From positions 1,208,510-1,272,509 of the forward strand of contig CAJFCJ010000007.1 of NCBI GenBank assembly GCA_904063045.1: a stretch of DNA of 64,000 nucleotides, written 5' to 3'. The notes beneath the pieces are model-generated. The model saw only the letters and a program-made list of their open reading frames with translations. It made no database searches and was not told the DNA's origin. Positions 1 to 13,160 of the stretch are shown here, one piece after another. Origin of the DNA: Dimorphilus gyrociliatus (taxonomy: Eukaryota; Animalia; Annelida). Each line of letters opens with the position of its first letter. Within the stretch, counting starts at the first letter, position 1. The position numbers and the translations under genes are program-made.

Positions 1-3000
1 GCACCGATACAGGAAAAACCTGTCGTGTATGATCGACCCCCGGGAGTAACCGGCGATCCACCCTTATCAAAAGGTGAACGAGTAGTTTGGATGACTGACC
101 ATTCGCCTGAATTTGGAACAGTTCGTTGGATAGGTTACCTTGCGGAATTGAAGGAATCGAGTTGGACGGTCGGAGTAGACTTCGTAAGTGTAACGCAGCT
201 GCATTTACTAATACCACTAAGCATAATTACTAATGCCCTCTGTTATGTCCCCTTATCCAGGATAATCCCATTGGCACTGGAACAGGAAAATACAAGGATC
301 AGCAGCTGTTTAAGACTGCAGTGAATCACGCGTCCCTCATACCAATAATGGGTCTTATGAGGGTCTCGGAATTGGGACTACCTGATCCCAAATATACTCC
401 AAAGAATATTCCTTCGAGAGTGTCTGCTACAATACCGAGGACTCGTCAAAATACCCAGGACCATGTGAATAGTAAACACAATTTCATTAGGGCATCAACG
501 CCTGATCGATCCGACAATTCACCATGGGAAAGGCGTACCCCACCGACGACAATGAACTATTCAACAAATGGAGGAACAGGCATGGGCAGCGGATCTATAT
601 CGACGCCCTTGCGGGAAGGGGACCCCTCATACAATATTATAGACAAAGTTGGACGACCAAAGGGTAGAGCAAATGCTGCTCACTCTGCTAATTTATCTCC
701 AGCAGTTAATCCTCGTGATTTATTACCAAAAGACTGTAATTCAGACGATGTTGAAACAATGAGTTTGGAAAAACGGGCGGGAGCTGCCGTAAAAAAGCAA
801 GCGAAAGCCGCAAAAAACGCGATTATGAATCAGTTAAAAAGAAAGAAGGCGTCAGTTGGAAGTGGTGGTGGTAGTGGTGGCGGCGATAGTACGGCAAATA
901 CAAGTACGGACTCTGGTAAGTAAATCAACATTGACGGTTTTGCAATTTATAATCAATAAGATTAGGGAAAAATCTATTTTCTCTCTCTGCAGAAACGTTC
1001 AATCTGGACGATTTGGCGTCATCTCTTGGTCGTGGAATATTATCTTCTAACACCCGCAATGCTAGGCAATCGAGCGAGAGTGAGGGAGGAAGTCTAGCCA
1101 CGCCCCCTCAATCAAAGCCTCCCTCTAAGGCGCCAAGCAAAAGTGGGTCGTCAGATGAAAGAGGCAAAACCTCATCTCCGAAACCCTTAGATCCCGCCTC
1201 CTTAAACACGCAGTTAAGTTACGGTTCCATGGTTGAAGTAAATAGTGAAGATGGCTCACATTTTGGTGTTGCCAGATGGTTTGGTTATAAAGAAGACATC
1301 AATTCACCTATTGTTGGTTTAGAAATGGACGATCTAAATAGTGAGGAAAATAACAGTACACAACCGACACCGAAAAGAGAAGGAGTTCTGGGGGGAAAGT
1401 CACTGTTTGAATGTACATCTGGTGGCAAACCAGCTTTTTATCCATTAAAGGTCTGTCAGAGAGACAGACGTTTTGAAGAAAATGCAGTTAGTCGAAACGG
1501 TGCTGGTCAACATTCCCCGTTCGGCAACGTCGACTGTCCGGAAGTTATCGGTCACGTAGATCCGTTGAGTTTCGATTGCATTGCAGATTTAAATCCGTAT
1601 TGCGGCAAAAATAAGGGTATTCAAGGCCATAGAAAATCTTGCTACCTCGACACGACTCTTTTTTCTATGTTCGCTTTTACGTCCGTATTTGATGAAATTC
1701 TTTGTCGACCCAAAAAAGAAGCGGATATTATTTGTTTTGAAGAGATACAAACTATTTTAAGAGAATCAGTTGTTAATCCCCTACGAAAGTTTGTATTTTC
1801 TATATTATTATTATTATTCGATTATTCATTTTCTGTTCTTTAAACGAATTTAATTTATGTAGGAACTTTTTCGTACGAGCCGACAAAGTATTGAATTTAC
1901 GTGGAATGCTCGATAAGAATTCATCTGTCAAGGGATTGACGAACGAAGAAAAAGGTTCAATTTATAAAATACTCGCACAAACGATCAACATTCGATTTCT
2001 ATTTGCTTTACTATTGTTTCTACTCTCGTACAGATCCTGAAGAATTTTTAGAATGTTTACTGCAGCAAGCCTTTGTCGTTTCTCCACCATATCTGCGTCT
2101 TAGCTCGGGAGTAAATGCTTATTACTATCAGTTATTTGTTGAGAAAGATGACTGCGTTCTACCGAATACACAACACCTATTAGGTCTCAGTTTCTTCCAG
2201 AACGACTTAAAATTGATGAGCGTTCCTTCGGTACTTATTCTGCAAATGCCGAGATGTGGCAAAGACTTTAAGATGTATCCGAAAATAATTCCATCATTAT
2301 ACCTAGACATAACGGATGTATTAGAATATAGTAAGTATCTTGTACCTTTCTATCTAATTGCCGATATTATTATATACCTAATCTTATGAATTCGTCTTAT
2401 CTAGGCGTTCGGCAATGCGCCATATGTGGGACTATTGCAACCCTGGAGTGCCGAGAGTGCTTTTCGCATTTCGGCAATTCTCTCGACAAAATAGCGTTCT
2501 GTGCCCCTTGTAGTAACAGAGTGAGTTGACTTTTGCAGCGCGGTCACTTAGACTGCCTTTTAGTCCACTCAATAAAATCCCCGCTTTTTTTTTCACTTCG
2601 CAGTCTCATGGTCATCAAAGACGCAAACATCATAGACCAAGACCTTTAAAGTCACCAAACGATGCCAAGTATCGCTCGAATATGTCTTTAGCTTCTTTGG
2701 ACTCGAGACGAGAAACTTTAACAGCTGACGAAGTGTCCTGCAGAGAGGTTATGGAATTATTTGCCGTTATATGCATCCGTACTAGCCACTATGTTGCATA
2801 TTGCAAGACCGCCTGTTCGGAAAAGGCGCCTTGGGTATTCTTCGATAGTATGGCTGACAGAGAAGGTATATGCACAGTTTATAGTCGTTTCATTGATTTT
2901 TCCGTAAACGTTTCATTTCTATGCAGGGCAGGAAAACGGTTATAATATACCCGAAGTGAAATTAGTTGATCGTATAAGGGAGTATTTATCGGATAAAGAG

Positions 3001-3108
3001 AGACTGCATACTGCCAAAGACGTCGAATTAGACGAGTTACTCAGGCGTCTAGTTTGCGACGCGTACATCTGCTTTTACCGACACTCTGTTATGTGTCAAT
3101 ATAGTTAA
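1..3108 (+). CDS. CYLD: CYLD-type K63/M1 deubiquitinase (CAP-Gly domains + USP domain with B-box-like Zn insert); 5' end lies outside the window
   Basis: Spliced exons 1-183, 261-915, 993-1788, 1863-1954, 2034-2330, 2405-2520, 2604-2865, 2927-3108, all GT-AG and frame-consistent (860 aa visible). Motifs: CAP-Gly GVDF|DNPIGTGTG..NHASLIP; Cys box KGIQGHRKSCYLDTTLFSMF; K|NFFVRADKV; EEK|DPEEFL; LQMPRCGKDFKMY; CAICG..ECREC; His box CIRTSHYVAY; WVFFDSMADREG. Confidence 0.96.
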
Positions 3109-3658
3109 AGTTTTTTGCTTTCTTTGCTTTAACGTATATATAAAATATCTGTATATATAGAGTATTTATAAATCTCTATATGTATACTTATACAATGTAA
3201 CATATATAATATATATGTATATATGTATATGAAATTATATACATATATATATCTATATACATATATATGTTGGAACTATGTATAAAATATGTAAATCTGC
3301 AAAAAATAATCTCATGTACATAAATTGGTTGTGCGAGCACTTTTTTCTGCATTTGCAGTACGTTTTATCTATGCTGACTAAGTTTAGTATTTTTGCCTGT
3401 GATGTTCACTGCATCTTTTTACACTGATTTGTTGAGAAAGGTTGAAGCAAACATCTGAATGTATCACGTTTTAATTTATTCCTTCTTCTATTTATTTTTT
3501 CATCGTTTGTCTCGCGATCAAGAAAATTCTAGAACAAGAAGTAGGGTTGTAAATGTTTTTTTCTTTCGACTGCATGCAAATTGTTAAATGATTGTTGAGC
3601 AGCAGATGAAAAAATGGAAAAAAAAACCAATACATAGTGACACATAAATATTCACGCA

Positions 3659-4465
<807 letters not shown>

Positions 4466-4730
4466 CTAACTAGCTCTCGTTTCAACCAGTAGATGTCGTT
4501 CTTTTTTTTTTTTCGAGCCAAATAAAATCTCATTCGACTGGTTGTAGCGACGTCTAGTGTTGATATATTCTTTTTCGGTGAAGTCATAAGAAGTCTAGTG
4601 CGATACTCTCCAGCGTGATAAGAGGTGGACCAGTCTATATAAATATACCGCCAAATACAGGCCATAGCTGACAGGCTAGAACCGAATTTTTATTATTTAT
4701 CCCAACTAGGTAGGCGATTGAAGCAAGAAA

Positions 4731-6451
4731 ATGGCATCAGAAAGGAAATCAGATGCGGATATAGAAAGTACATTGGAATCGTTGATGATCTCTGTAAGTA
4801 GAAGTCACCTAATTTATTATAATAAGTCGTAATCCTGTATATTTAATACATCTTTAATTTTATTATCAAAAATATTGCATATATATAATATATATCTATG
4901 TGTATTTAACTTTACGGAGAAAAGAATATTTTTCAAATAGGCCTATAATGGTAAAGATTCTACAAAGCAGTTTAGGCAAATATTTATATTGTTTGGTATA
5001 CACGCCTTGGACTTTTTTTTTTATCAATACCCCGTAATGTCTTTTATAACAAGATTTCTTTCGATGATCAATCGAGCTAGATAGCTGGTTTCACGCCTTT
5101 TTGCTCTGTAAATTCCATTAATCTCGTTGTCATTCGCTAGACAAATGCATATATAAATAGAGTATATATATATATATATATATATAAATATATATGTCCA
5201 TTCAAATATCTATATAGGTTTGAAGAGAATATTTTTTATATTTGATTTAAAGGAATCAGACAGTAATCTTGAGGGAGATCTTGATCCCACTTCGAATACG
5301 ATAAATAAATTAAGTGAAACTGATAAAGACGTAGGTGGAAATAAAGAAGATGACAGCAGTGGAGAGCAGACGAAAACATCAGTTAAGTCCAACGACACAA
5401 TTTGCACAGAATGTAATATATCGTTGTCTGGAAAAAAATATCTTATGAGAAATGAGAATTCATGTTGTGTCCAATGTTACGAAAAACTCTATTCCAACAC
5501 CTGCGAAGCGTGTCAAAAAGTTATTGGAACAGAATTCAAGGTTGGTTTTAATATTTTTTAATATTTTCTATATTTGCTTTTAACGTTTTTCTTTACGGAA
5601 AGAGAGAGTTATTAAGTACGTAAGTACTTTTATATGGGTGTCTGTTCGTGTGAAAAAGAATAAAGTACCTTGAAAAAAACAATAAACTAATAATAATAAA
5701 AAAAACAACAGGATGTTTGTTACGAAGACAAACACTGGCATGAAAACTGTTTTATTTGCTGCTGTTGTGAAAAATCGCTTGTTAACGAGCCATTTGCCAC
5801 TAAAGAGAATAGTTTGTATTGCGCAAATTGCTATGAGGAACAATTTGCGATGAGATGCGATTCCTGCACTAAACCTCTAAGAGGAGGGATGAAAAAGTTT
5901 GAATATGATGGGAAGAAATATCACGAAGAGTGTTTTGTGTGTTTTTTATGCTCAGAGCCCATTGGGAGTAGGTCGTTTGTTCCGAGAGAGGGTAATATTA
6001 CTTGTATTGGTTGTTATGAGGAGAAATTTTCTCAGAAATGTACAGCCTGCACAAAACCAATTACTAAGGGAGGGGTTGGCTATAAAGGAAATCCCTATCA
6101 TAAAGATTGCTTTACTTGTACTGAATGTAGTCTACCTCTTGCTGGAGAGAAATTCGCTTCGAAAGATGAACAGCCATACTGCATAAATTGCTATGCAAAA
6201 CTATTTTCAAAAACTTGCAGCCGTTGTTCAACGGCAATTACAGGTCGGTAAATAGAAGAATTTCTATATAATAATATTACGTTATCTGTTTACTTTGCTT
6301 TATAGGCTTAGATGGATCTAAGGCGGTGGTCTACGAAGACCGACACTGGCATACTAACTGTTTCTCCTGCAGCAGCTGTTCAACTTCATTGGTTGGTCAA
6401 GGCTTTGTACCTAGTGGAAGTGATATTTTATGCGAAAAATGCGCGCAATAA
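4731..6451 (+). CDS. FHL: Four-and-a-half LIM domain protein (FHL/Limpet family), 342 aa
   Basis: Exons 4731-4793, 5253-5540, 5712-6243, 6306-6451 total 1029 nt. One half-LIM (CTEC..CVQC) plus four full LIM domains (CxxC..HxxCFxCxxC..CxxC). Confidence 0.93.
5163..5186. repeat. Intronic (TA)n microsatellite in the FHL gene
   Basis: Direct reading of the sequence. Confidence 0.95.
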
Positions 6452-6806
6452 GAAAGCTTACAAGAATGTAAACAACTCATCCTTTGGTTATTTTTTTTCT
6501 TTGATACTCTACTCCAAATCATAAATTTCGTAGTTATAGGCAAAAATAAATCGGCTATGTAGAGAGAGCAAATAAATAATGAATCTTTTAAGATTAATTA
6601 CCAGATTTTCTATATTATTTTGTATTCTTTATCAATCAGTTATTTTCGTGACTAGATTTTCTTACAACAACACGTAAAATGTACTGAAATCATTTATAAA
6701 AAAAAAGGCAGCACCGTACTGCATATACTGTAAGAATAATAAATAGTTCAACTTGCAATTAGTATTAAAAAAAAGAAGGAAAGCCAAGAAAAAAATTGCT
6801 ATACAA

Positions 6807-9800
6807 TTATCGGCAGTTCACTTTTTCCCTAGAAGACGACCTTTCACGATCGATTTGATAAGATTTCTTCCTTGTTCCTCTTTTCATTTTTGCAACGTCT
6901 TCTCCAAAGGCCACTCCTGATCTTAAGGCCGATATCATAGAGTCGAATTCTCCGCCGGCTGTTTTATAATAAATTATAAGAAAATAAAAAAATAATAAAA
7001 ACAGATTGAAGACATTGGTTTTAACATAGTAATATAAAAAATAAAACGAAAATTAGGTCAAACCTTTATTTTCCAAGTCTTGCGGTGGTCTAGGTAATGT
7101 TCCTCGAGAGCTACGTCGTTGAGCTTGCATTTCCATAATTCTCTTACGTTTCTCTTCTTCTTCTTTTTGTTTCTTAATCTTTTCCATACTAGCCTGAGCC
7201 TCACTCATTGAAACTAAAAACAGATCAAATTCAGTAAAGAAATCCTGCGGTGTTGTTTCACTTTCGGCGAATAGTTTAGATACTTTTGCGTATTTTTCTT
7301 TCATTTCAATTAAAAGTTTCTCTAAATCGTTCAATTTATAATTGGCAACTGTTTCGAAATTAGACATTACAATAGAGAACTTGTCATTCGAATCCCTTTT
7401 CTTCTCAAATTCTGTCTCCAGTTTGATCTCTCTTAATCCTTTTCGTAATAGCCTAATCTCCTTTTCCAATTCGGCTACTTCAACTTTACTAGCTTCTTTA
7501 ACAGAACTTAATTCATTTTGAATTTCCATGACTTGTGGGCATCTTATTTGTAAACTCTCAATTAGATAATGAAGCAACGAAATTCGTTTATCGACACTTG
7601 ATTTTGTGTCGGCTAGTTTATTTAAAGATGATAATTTAAAGCCAGCTGCGTTTCCCCGCTGTCCACGGTTCATGTAGTTACCCATAGCAAGAACAACGCT
7701 TAGTATTATTTTCAAATTTTTACTCTTATCAACTTGCTCTGATGCTTTTATAACACTTTCTGACTGATTTCTATAATCTGACACTCTTTCATTGAATTTC
7801 TTTTTATAATATAAACCTTTTAGACGCTCTTCGTAATGCTCTACTTGACTCATTTCGTATAAGAATCGATCAGTTGTTGCCATTTGTTCGATTTCATGTG
7901 CATGTTCACTTAATAATTGTACTTCTTCAGTACTCGGAATAAATTTAAGCAATTGTTCGCACATATCTTTTGCCAGTTTTTCGCTAGGATCAACATTCCG
8001 TATTGCGTGGGCTAATTCGCCGTTAGATAATTTCAGCTTCGACAAGAGAATATTACAATTTTGAGCACGTCTGCCGTCTACAACCGATAGCTCTCGAATC
8101 ACTGTTGCAGATCGCCCTTTTAAAGAATCTCCCCCACCATTCTCTTCTATTTTATGTTGATAGGCTGAGAAATTTTTCTCTACGTCAGGCAGATCTAAGA
8201 TATCAAATTTTTCACTGATTCGTTTCCAAATAGTTCCATCTAGTTGATTGGCCGGCAATTTAGTCCAATTGAACGATTTGAGTGGCTGAGTCGGTTTGGG
8301 TCCTGCGTACGGCCTTTCGATAAGACTTAAAGGTGCACCAGGAGCACCAGGTGGAGGTGGAGGTGCTGGAGGAGGCGGTATAAGAGAAGATCCTAAGCCA
8401 GGTGGAGGCGGCGGTGGTGGTGCCGGAGCAGGCGTTGGTGATTTGAAACTTCCAACCCTAGATGGCGTTGTATCATGCCCATTTTGCATAGAAACAGCTT
8501 TTCCACCATTCTGTTTTAAAGCATTCGCTAATTTTAATTCTGCCTCTTCTCGACGTCGTCTCTCATTTTCCAAGTCCCTTTTCATACTTTCTAAGATGTT
8601 GGCCAATTCTTCAATTTCTTTTTCCTTAACTTCGATTTCCCTTTCTTTCCCCAAAAGTTGAGCTTCTACATTCTCCCTTTCCTTTTCCGCTTTACGTATA
8701 TCTTTTTTTAGTTGTTTCATCTCTCCTTCGGCAACAATAGTTTTTATAGCAGCAGCAACGTTTAATTCCAGTGGAGCATCGTCTGGATCTCCTTCCTTCG
8801 TTTGTAAGATAATCTGCTCGATAACTCGCTCAATTAAAAGCCACGATGGTCCGTAGGAAGCGTGACTGATCTGCATAAGATGGAAAAGTATGGAAACAAA
8901 ACAGGGATAGGCAGGCGAAACGGTCATTCTCTTTCTCAAATAATCGAATAACGAGGTAGCAGAACGGGAATCTACATGTTTCGTTTCAAATTTTTCAGCA
9001 AAGTTTCTCTCATCCTCTATTCTCAAAGCTTCGAAGAATTCGGCGTGTCTTCCCAAAGTTTCGTCGTTATATTGGTGAAGAGCATCTATTGCCGGTTCTA
9101 TACCCAGCATGAGGAACTCAAAGCGGATATGCAATCGGAATTCAAGGTGCTTTTCCCCTGCACCATATTTAATTACGGCATTGACTAGTGACAAGATGGC
9201 AGTTTTCATTCTAACTTCCTCGTATGGATTATTCCATTTACGTCCCAATTCGTAAATCAATGTTTGAAAGCGTGTTCTTTCACTAGCCCATCTTGAAAAT
9301 GCAAAGAAAGCTTGAAGTACTTTTCTGTGACCTCCTGGTACCATACAGAGTGTTGCTAAAATCTCTAGAACATTAACTTTTACTTGAACAGATTGTGAAG
9401 TTAAAATACGGGCAAGGCAAGCAATAGCTGTTGGGTGGCCTAAAATATGAGAACGTCCTTCAGACACATTCAACAGTGCGTTAACGCAACCGACTACTGC
9501 CAAATGGATGTAATCGATCTCTTCCTGCTGTTCGCTTGACCACGTTTCTAATTGTCTTAGCACATTTAATAATTCGTCAACACCATTTAACGTAAGAAAT
9601 CTTGTAACAAAGCTGAGAGTTTGAGTACGAAGGGCAGTCCTTAAAGCGTCAACGTCCTTAACAGTCTCTACCTTTTTTAACTTTCCGAGAAATTCTTCGG
9701 GGCTAGCCAATGTTCGACCTGTATCTATATCTTGAATTCTACTGCAATAAATTTGCCACTTTTTATCAGCACTTAGAGTAAGCATAGCCTGTTTTTGAGG

Positions 9801-9971
9801 TTCAGGTAAGCCCAATTCGTCGACTAGAGATGAGAACATTGCCTCCAAACGTTCGTCGTTTGGCCGAGCGGCTTCGTTTAATTTGACTGGTTGTAAATCC
9901 GGAACAGGAACATGATTAATGTTCGGTAGCCTTTCCTTTTTTGCAAAGAGGGTTCTCAAACAAGAACACAT
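6807..9971 (-). CDS. DAAM: DAAM-family formin (GBD/FH3, coiled coil, poly-Pro FH1, FH2, DAD), 1019 aa
   Basis: Coding exons 9971-7064 and 6958-6807. Motifs: ALRTQTLSFVTRF, RTRFQTL, HLEFRLHIRFEFLMLG, poly-Pro FH1, PLKSFNWTKLP, VDGRRAQNCNILLSKLK, GNYMNRGQRGNAAGFKLSSLNKLADTKS. The DAD (GEFDSMISALRSG..MKRGTRKK) lies in the second exon, which the ORF track misses. Confidence 0.96.
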
Positions 9972-10818
9972 TTCTATCAAAAAAAAGAAAAGAAAAGAAG
10001 AATAAGAAATGGAATGTTTTTTCTAAAAATTAGTTTATATTTGCCAAATTCAAGACCATAAGTAATTTTAGTAGAACAACCTACGCTTACTAATCGAAAC
10101 TTAATACAAATAAATTTTCATAGGCGGAAAGGAAAGACGCAAATATTTATATTCCTATCATAAAAATTTACGATAGCGATTTAAAATGGTATTTTATCAT
10201 TAAGACAAAGAATAGAACATTTGACAAGAGTAATCAAATTTTATATTTAATCATAAAAATTCTTGAAGAGATGGTTTTTTTTCCTTCTTATTTATATATA
10301 TATATATATATAAGTATATTGAATGATTTATGAACATTTTGTACCTGTTCAAAATAAGACCTTCAGGCCTAGAGTATAGCTATAATAATCATAATAATAA
10401 TAATGAAAGGAAAAGGTTTCATAATAGATTCTTTCAGTTCGTTGCCTTTCTAATTATATATTCAAAACTGCTTACTTTTTGGTTCAACTAAATTCACGAA
10501 TTTACTTTTGTACTGAATTTTATTACCGTTTAAAAATAGTATTAGTAGCGTAATATTCTATACTAACTTTACTGCTTTTTTTATCGAGAATACTTTAAAC
10601 AGGAATCATTATTAGACTTTTTAGGGCAGATGAAGCTGTTTAATCTGAAAAAAAACGATGTGATGAGTGGTGTGGGTGACTAACAAAGAGAAAATCAATT
10701 ACCCTACCTCCGTTTATCGCCTTGAAAAATCCTTGGGCCAAAAACCATAAAGCTAAAACATCCCAATATTACGTTTTACACTTGTTAGGATGTTAAAAAC
10801 AGATCAATAGCCTTAAAC

Positions 10819-10980
10819 TTTCGCGGCGTAGGCCAATCAGTAGACGTAAATAAAGTCGGCCTTCTCCAATACCTGCGGCCCTCTGCAATTTACATTTCGC
10901 TGTCTAAACCTCCAAAGCGTTCATTGGCTGCTTGTGACGTCATTTCGGTGGCGCGGAATTCCAAAAAGTATATATTTCGA
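10819..10980. promoter_or_regulatory. Promoter element cluster in the divergent DAAM / hydrolase-like intergenic region
   Basis: E2F-like TTTCGCGG 10819-10826; CCAAT 10833-10837 and 10866-10870; inverted CCAAT (ATTGG) 10923-10927; perfect CRE palindrome TGACGTCA 10935-10942; E2F-like GGCGCGGAA near 10950-10958; TA-rich TATA-like run near 10969. Confidence 0.5.
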
Positions 10981-11024
10981 ATGTGACAATTAATTTTACG
11001 CCCATAATTTAATTAGATATCGAG

Positions 11025-13160
11025 ATGATAATTAGATTCTATCTTTTCGTTTCACTTCTACAAGCGGCGTTTTCTTATCAAACGTATCCTAACCCCGACT
11101 GGTTAGTATCAACAATTAGCCACTCAGCTAATGTTTCAACAACTTCCCGAGGAAACTTAATAATTCAAAATTCTCTAATAACTAGAGAGTTTTCAATTAA
11201 ACCTGATTTTACTACTGTTGATTATTACTCATTCGATAAGGAGGCATCAATCCTTCGGGCTCTGGGACCTGAGGCTGTTATTTCACTAGATGGCATTACC
11301 TATTTCGTTGGACATTTAAATACTTCAACAATTACTCGAGGCTATTTGAATCGGACTGAATTGAGGGAAAAAGCAACCTATGATGTAAAAGCATTTCATT
11401 TTTCTGCTTATAGAATTACAAAACCCGAGGAACCCTTCCCTTATAAGCCGAAAAGAGGAGCTCCAGAAGATATAGTGTGGCCTCCAGCAGGCGTAAGATT
11501 AGAAGTTGATTTTAAAGCTCCTAATTCCGCGCCAGATCCTCACAAAGGAGTATTGATAACTATATCATATGAATTATACGATGGGGTTCCAATTTTATCA
11601 AAGAAGATGAGAGCTAAAACTTTATCCGAGGAGGCGGAGAGCGTAAACTTTTCTTTACTCTCGCTCGAATTCCTAGCTGTTAATTCACCATGGGCTTCGA
11701 GGAATTGGCACGTTGATACTCAATACGGCAGAAACGGTTACGGGTGGATGCATGTTGAAACTGATTGGGCTCACGGAACACAAGTTGTGTGGTCTGATGA
11801 TCCATCACAACCATCCATGCCTGGATCTTTCATGCCTACTTTAAACGTATCTTTTTCGCCACCGGCCTTCGCATTAAAGCTTGATAAAGAAGGCTTTGAA
11901 TCCTTCTCGGTTCGCCAATTAGTACACGCGTCAGACGACGATGAACGTATTGGCCTATCGAAGAGAAGAATGCTCCGTCTTCTTGCTCCCCATACTCAAG
12001 AGAATCCCATTTTCTTTCATATGGTCGACTCCAAATCTGTGGCGGTTAGATCTCTTATTGATCAAATGGCTGAAGTTGGTTTTGAAATGTTACTATATAG
12101 CTTTGGATCCGGATTTGATCTTGAATCGGAAGATCCTGCTTATATTAAGAGCATAGCGGAAGATATCGCTTACGCACATGCTAAGGGTATTGAAGTGGGC
12201 GGTTACGACCTAATAGCATTATCTAGAAGAACCATTCCTAAATATATGGCACTCGATGAAACGGGTAATTCGACCGATAGTACGTGTTTTGCATCCGAAT
12301 GGTATGATGTCCTTTTAGAAAAGATGATATCATTTATGGACAAAACGGGATTGAGCGCAGTAGAAACAGACGGTCCTTATGGTGGTTATTCATGCTCTTC
12401 CAAAAATCATAAATATCATAGAAATAATCAAGACTCAGTATATAGACAGCAGAAAAAGCAGGGAGAAATGTATAGGCTTCTTAGAAGACGAACTGTTTAC
12501 ATTAACCAACCAGACAATTACTTTTATGATGGCGGTTCTAAAACGGGTATGGGCTATAATGAAAACCAGTATTCCCTTCCAAGGTGGCAGGACATATCTA
12601 TAAGTAGACAGACAGTTTTTGATAATACTTTCCTTAAGACACCTACAGTCGGTTGGATGCATGTGCCCTTAGTTCAATATCATGGCGGTGGTGCTGCTGC
12701 TATTTTCGAACCTTTGACACAGCATTCTTTAGAATATAAGTGGGCGTTAGAACAATATCTTGGTGCTGGAGTTGCGGCTTGTTACAGGGGATATAGGCTA
12801 TTCGATTCTAACACTACCAAACGAATTGTCAAGGAAACAGTAGACTTTTACAAAACATATAGACAACTATTAATTAGCGACATTATTCACGTGCGGAGAC
12901 CGGATATGCAAAGCATAGACGCTTACTTGCATGTCAATCCTAAACTAAAGGATAAAGCCCTTCTTATGGCGTTTAACCCTACGGAATCAAGATTAAGAAC
13001 TACTATGACAATTCCATTGTATTATACAGGTTTAACCAAAAGCTGTATCGTATCAGAAAGAGGAGGAAAATCATGTGAAATTTTCTTGTCTAGAGACTAT
13101 ACGATAAGGCTTGATATAGAATTGAACGCCTACTCTATCACTTGGTACGTCATCAATTAA
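11025..13160 (+). CDS. Secreted 711-aa uncharacterised protein, putative TIM-barrel glycoside hydrolase (GH27/GH36 clan-D-like; resembles a family usually labelled hypothetical or alpha-galactosidase in bacteria)
   Basis: Single uninterrupted ORF with signal peptide MIIRFYLFVSLLQAAFS. Motif series ENPIFFH, AEVGFEMLLYSFGSG, YAHAKGIEVGGY, CFASEW, AVETDGPY, YINQPD..KTGMGYNE..SLPRW, GWMHVPLVQYHGGGAAA, GVAACYRG, SDIIHVRRPD, IPLYYTGL matches that family from memory. The ORF itself is certain, the function is inferred. Confidence 0.75.
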   Translation: MIIRFYLFVSLLQAAFSYQTYPNPDWLVSTISHSANVSTTSRGNLIIQNSLITREFSIKPDFTTVDYYSFDKEASILRALGPEAVISLDGITYFVGHLNTSTITRGYLNRTELREKATYDVKAFHFSAYRITKPEEPFPYKPKRGAPEDIVWPPAGVRLEVDFKAPNSAPDPHKGVLITISYELYDGVPILSKKMRAKTLSEEAESVNFSLLSLEFLAVNSPWASRNWHVDTQYGRNGYGWMHVETDWAHGTQVVWSDDPSQPSMPGSFMPTLNVSFSPPAFALKLDKEGFESFSVRQLVHASDDDERIGLSKRRMLRLLAPHTQENPIFFHMVDSKSVAVRSLIDQMAEVGFEMLLYSFGSGFDLESEDPAYIKSIAEDIAYAHAKGIEVGGYDLIALSRRTIPKYMALDETGNSTDSTCFASEWYDVLLEKMISFMDKTGLSAVETDGPYGGYSCSSKNHKYHRNNQDSVYRQQKKQGEMYRLLRRRTVYINQPDNYFYDGGSKTGMGYNENQYSLPRWQDISISRQTVFDNTFLKTPTVGWMHVPLVQYHGGGAAAIFEPLTQHSLEYKWALEQYLGAGVAACYRGYRLFDSNTTKRIVKETVDFYKTYRQLLISDIIHVRRPDMQSIDAYLHVNPKLKDKALLMAFNPTESRLRTTMTIPLYYTGLTKSCIVSERGGKSCEIFLSRDYTIRLDIELNAYSITWYVIN

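Noticed and set aside
7053-7063. DAAM apparently ending at ENKGLT* without a DAD
   Set aside because: The donor at 7063 splices to exon 6958-6807, which encodes a canonical DAD
8296-8661. Gly-rich plus-strand ORF
   Set aside because: Antisense shadow of the DAAM poly-Pro FH1 region
11025-13160. Bacterial contamination or chimeric assembly as the source of the hydrolase-like ORF
   Set aside because: Composition blends with the flanks, it has eukaryotic promoter motifs and an AT-rich UTR-like downstream region, and no operon or other bacterial genes are adjacent; long-read spanning would settle it
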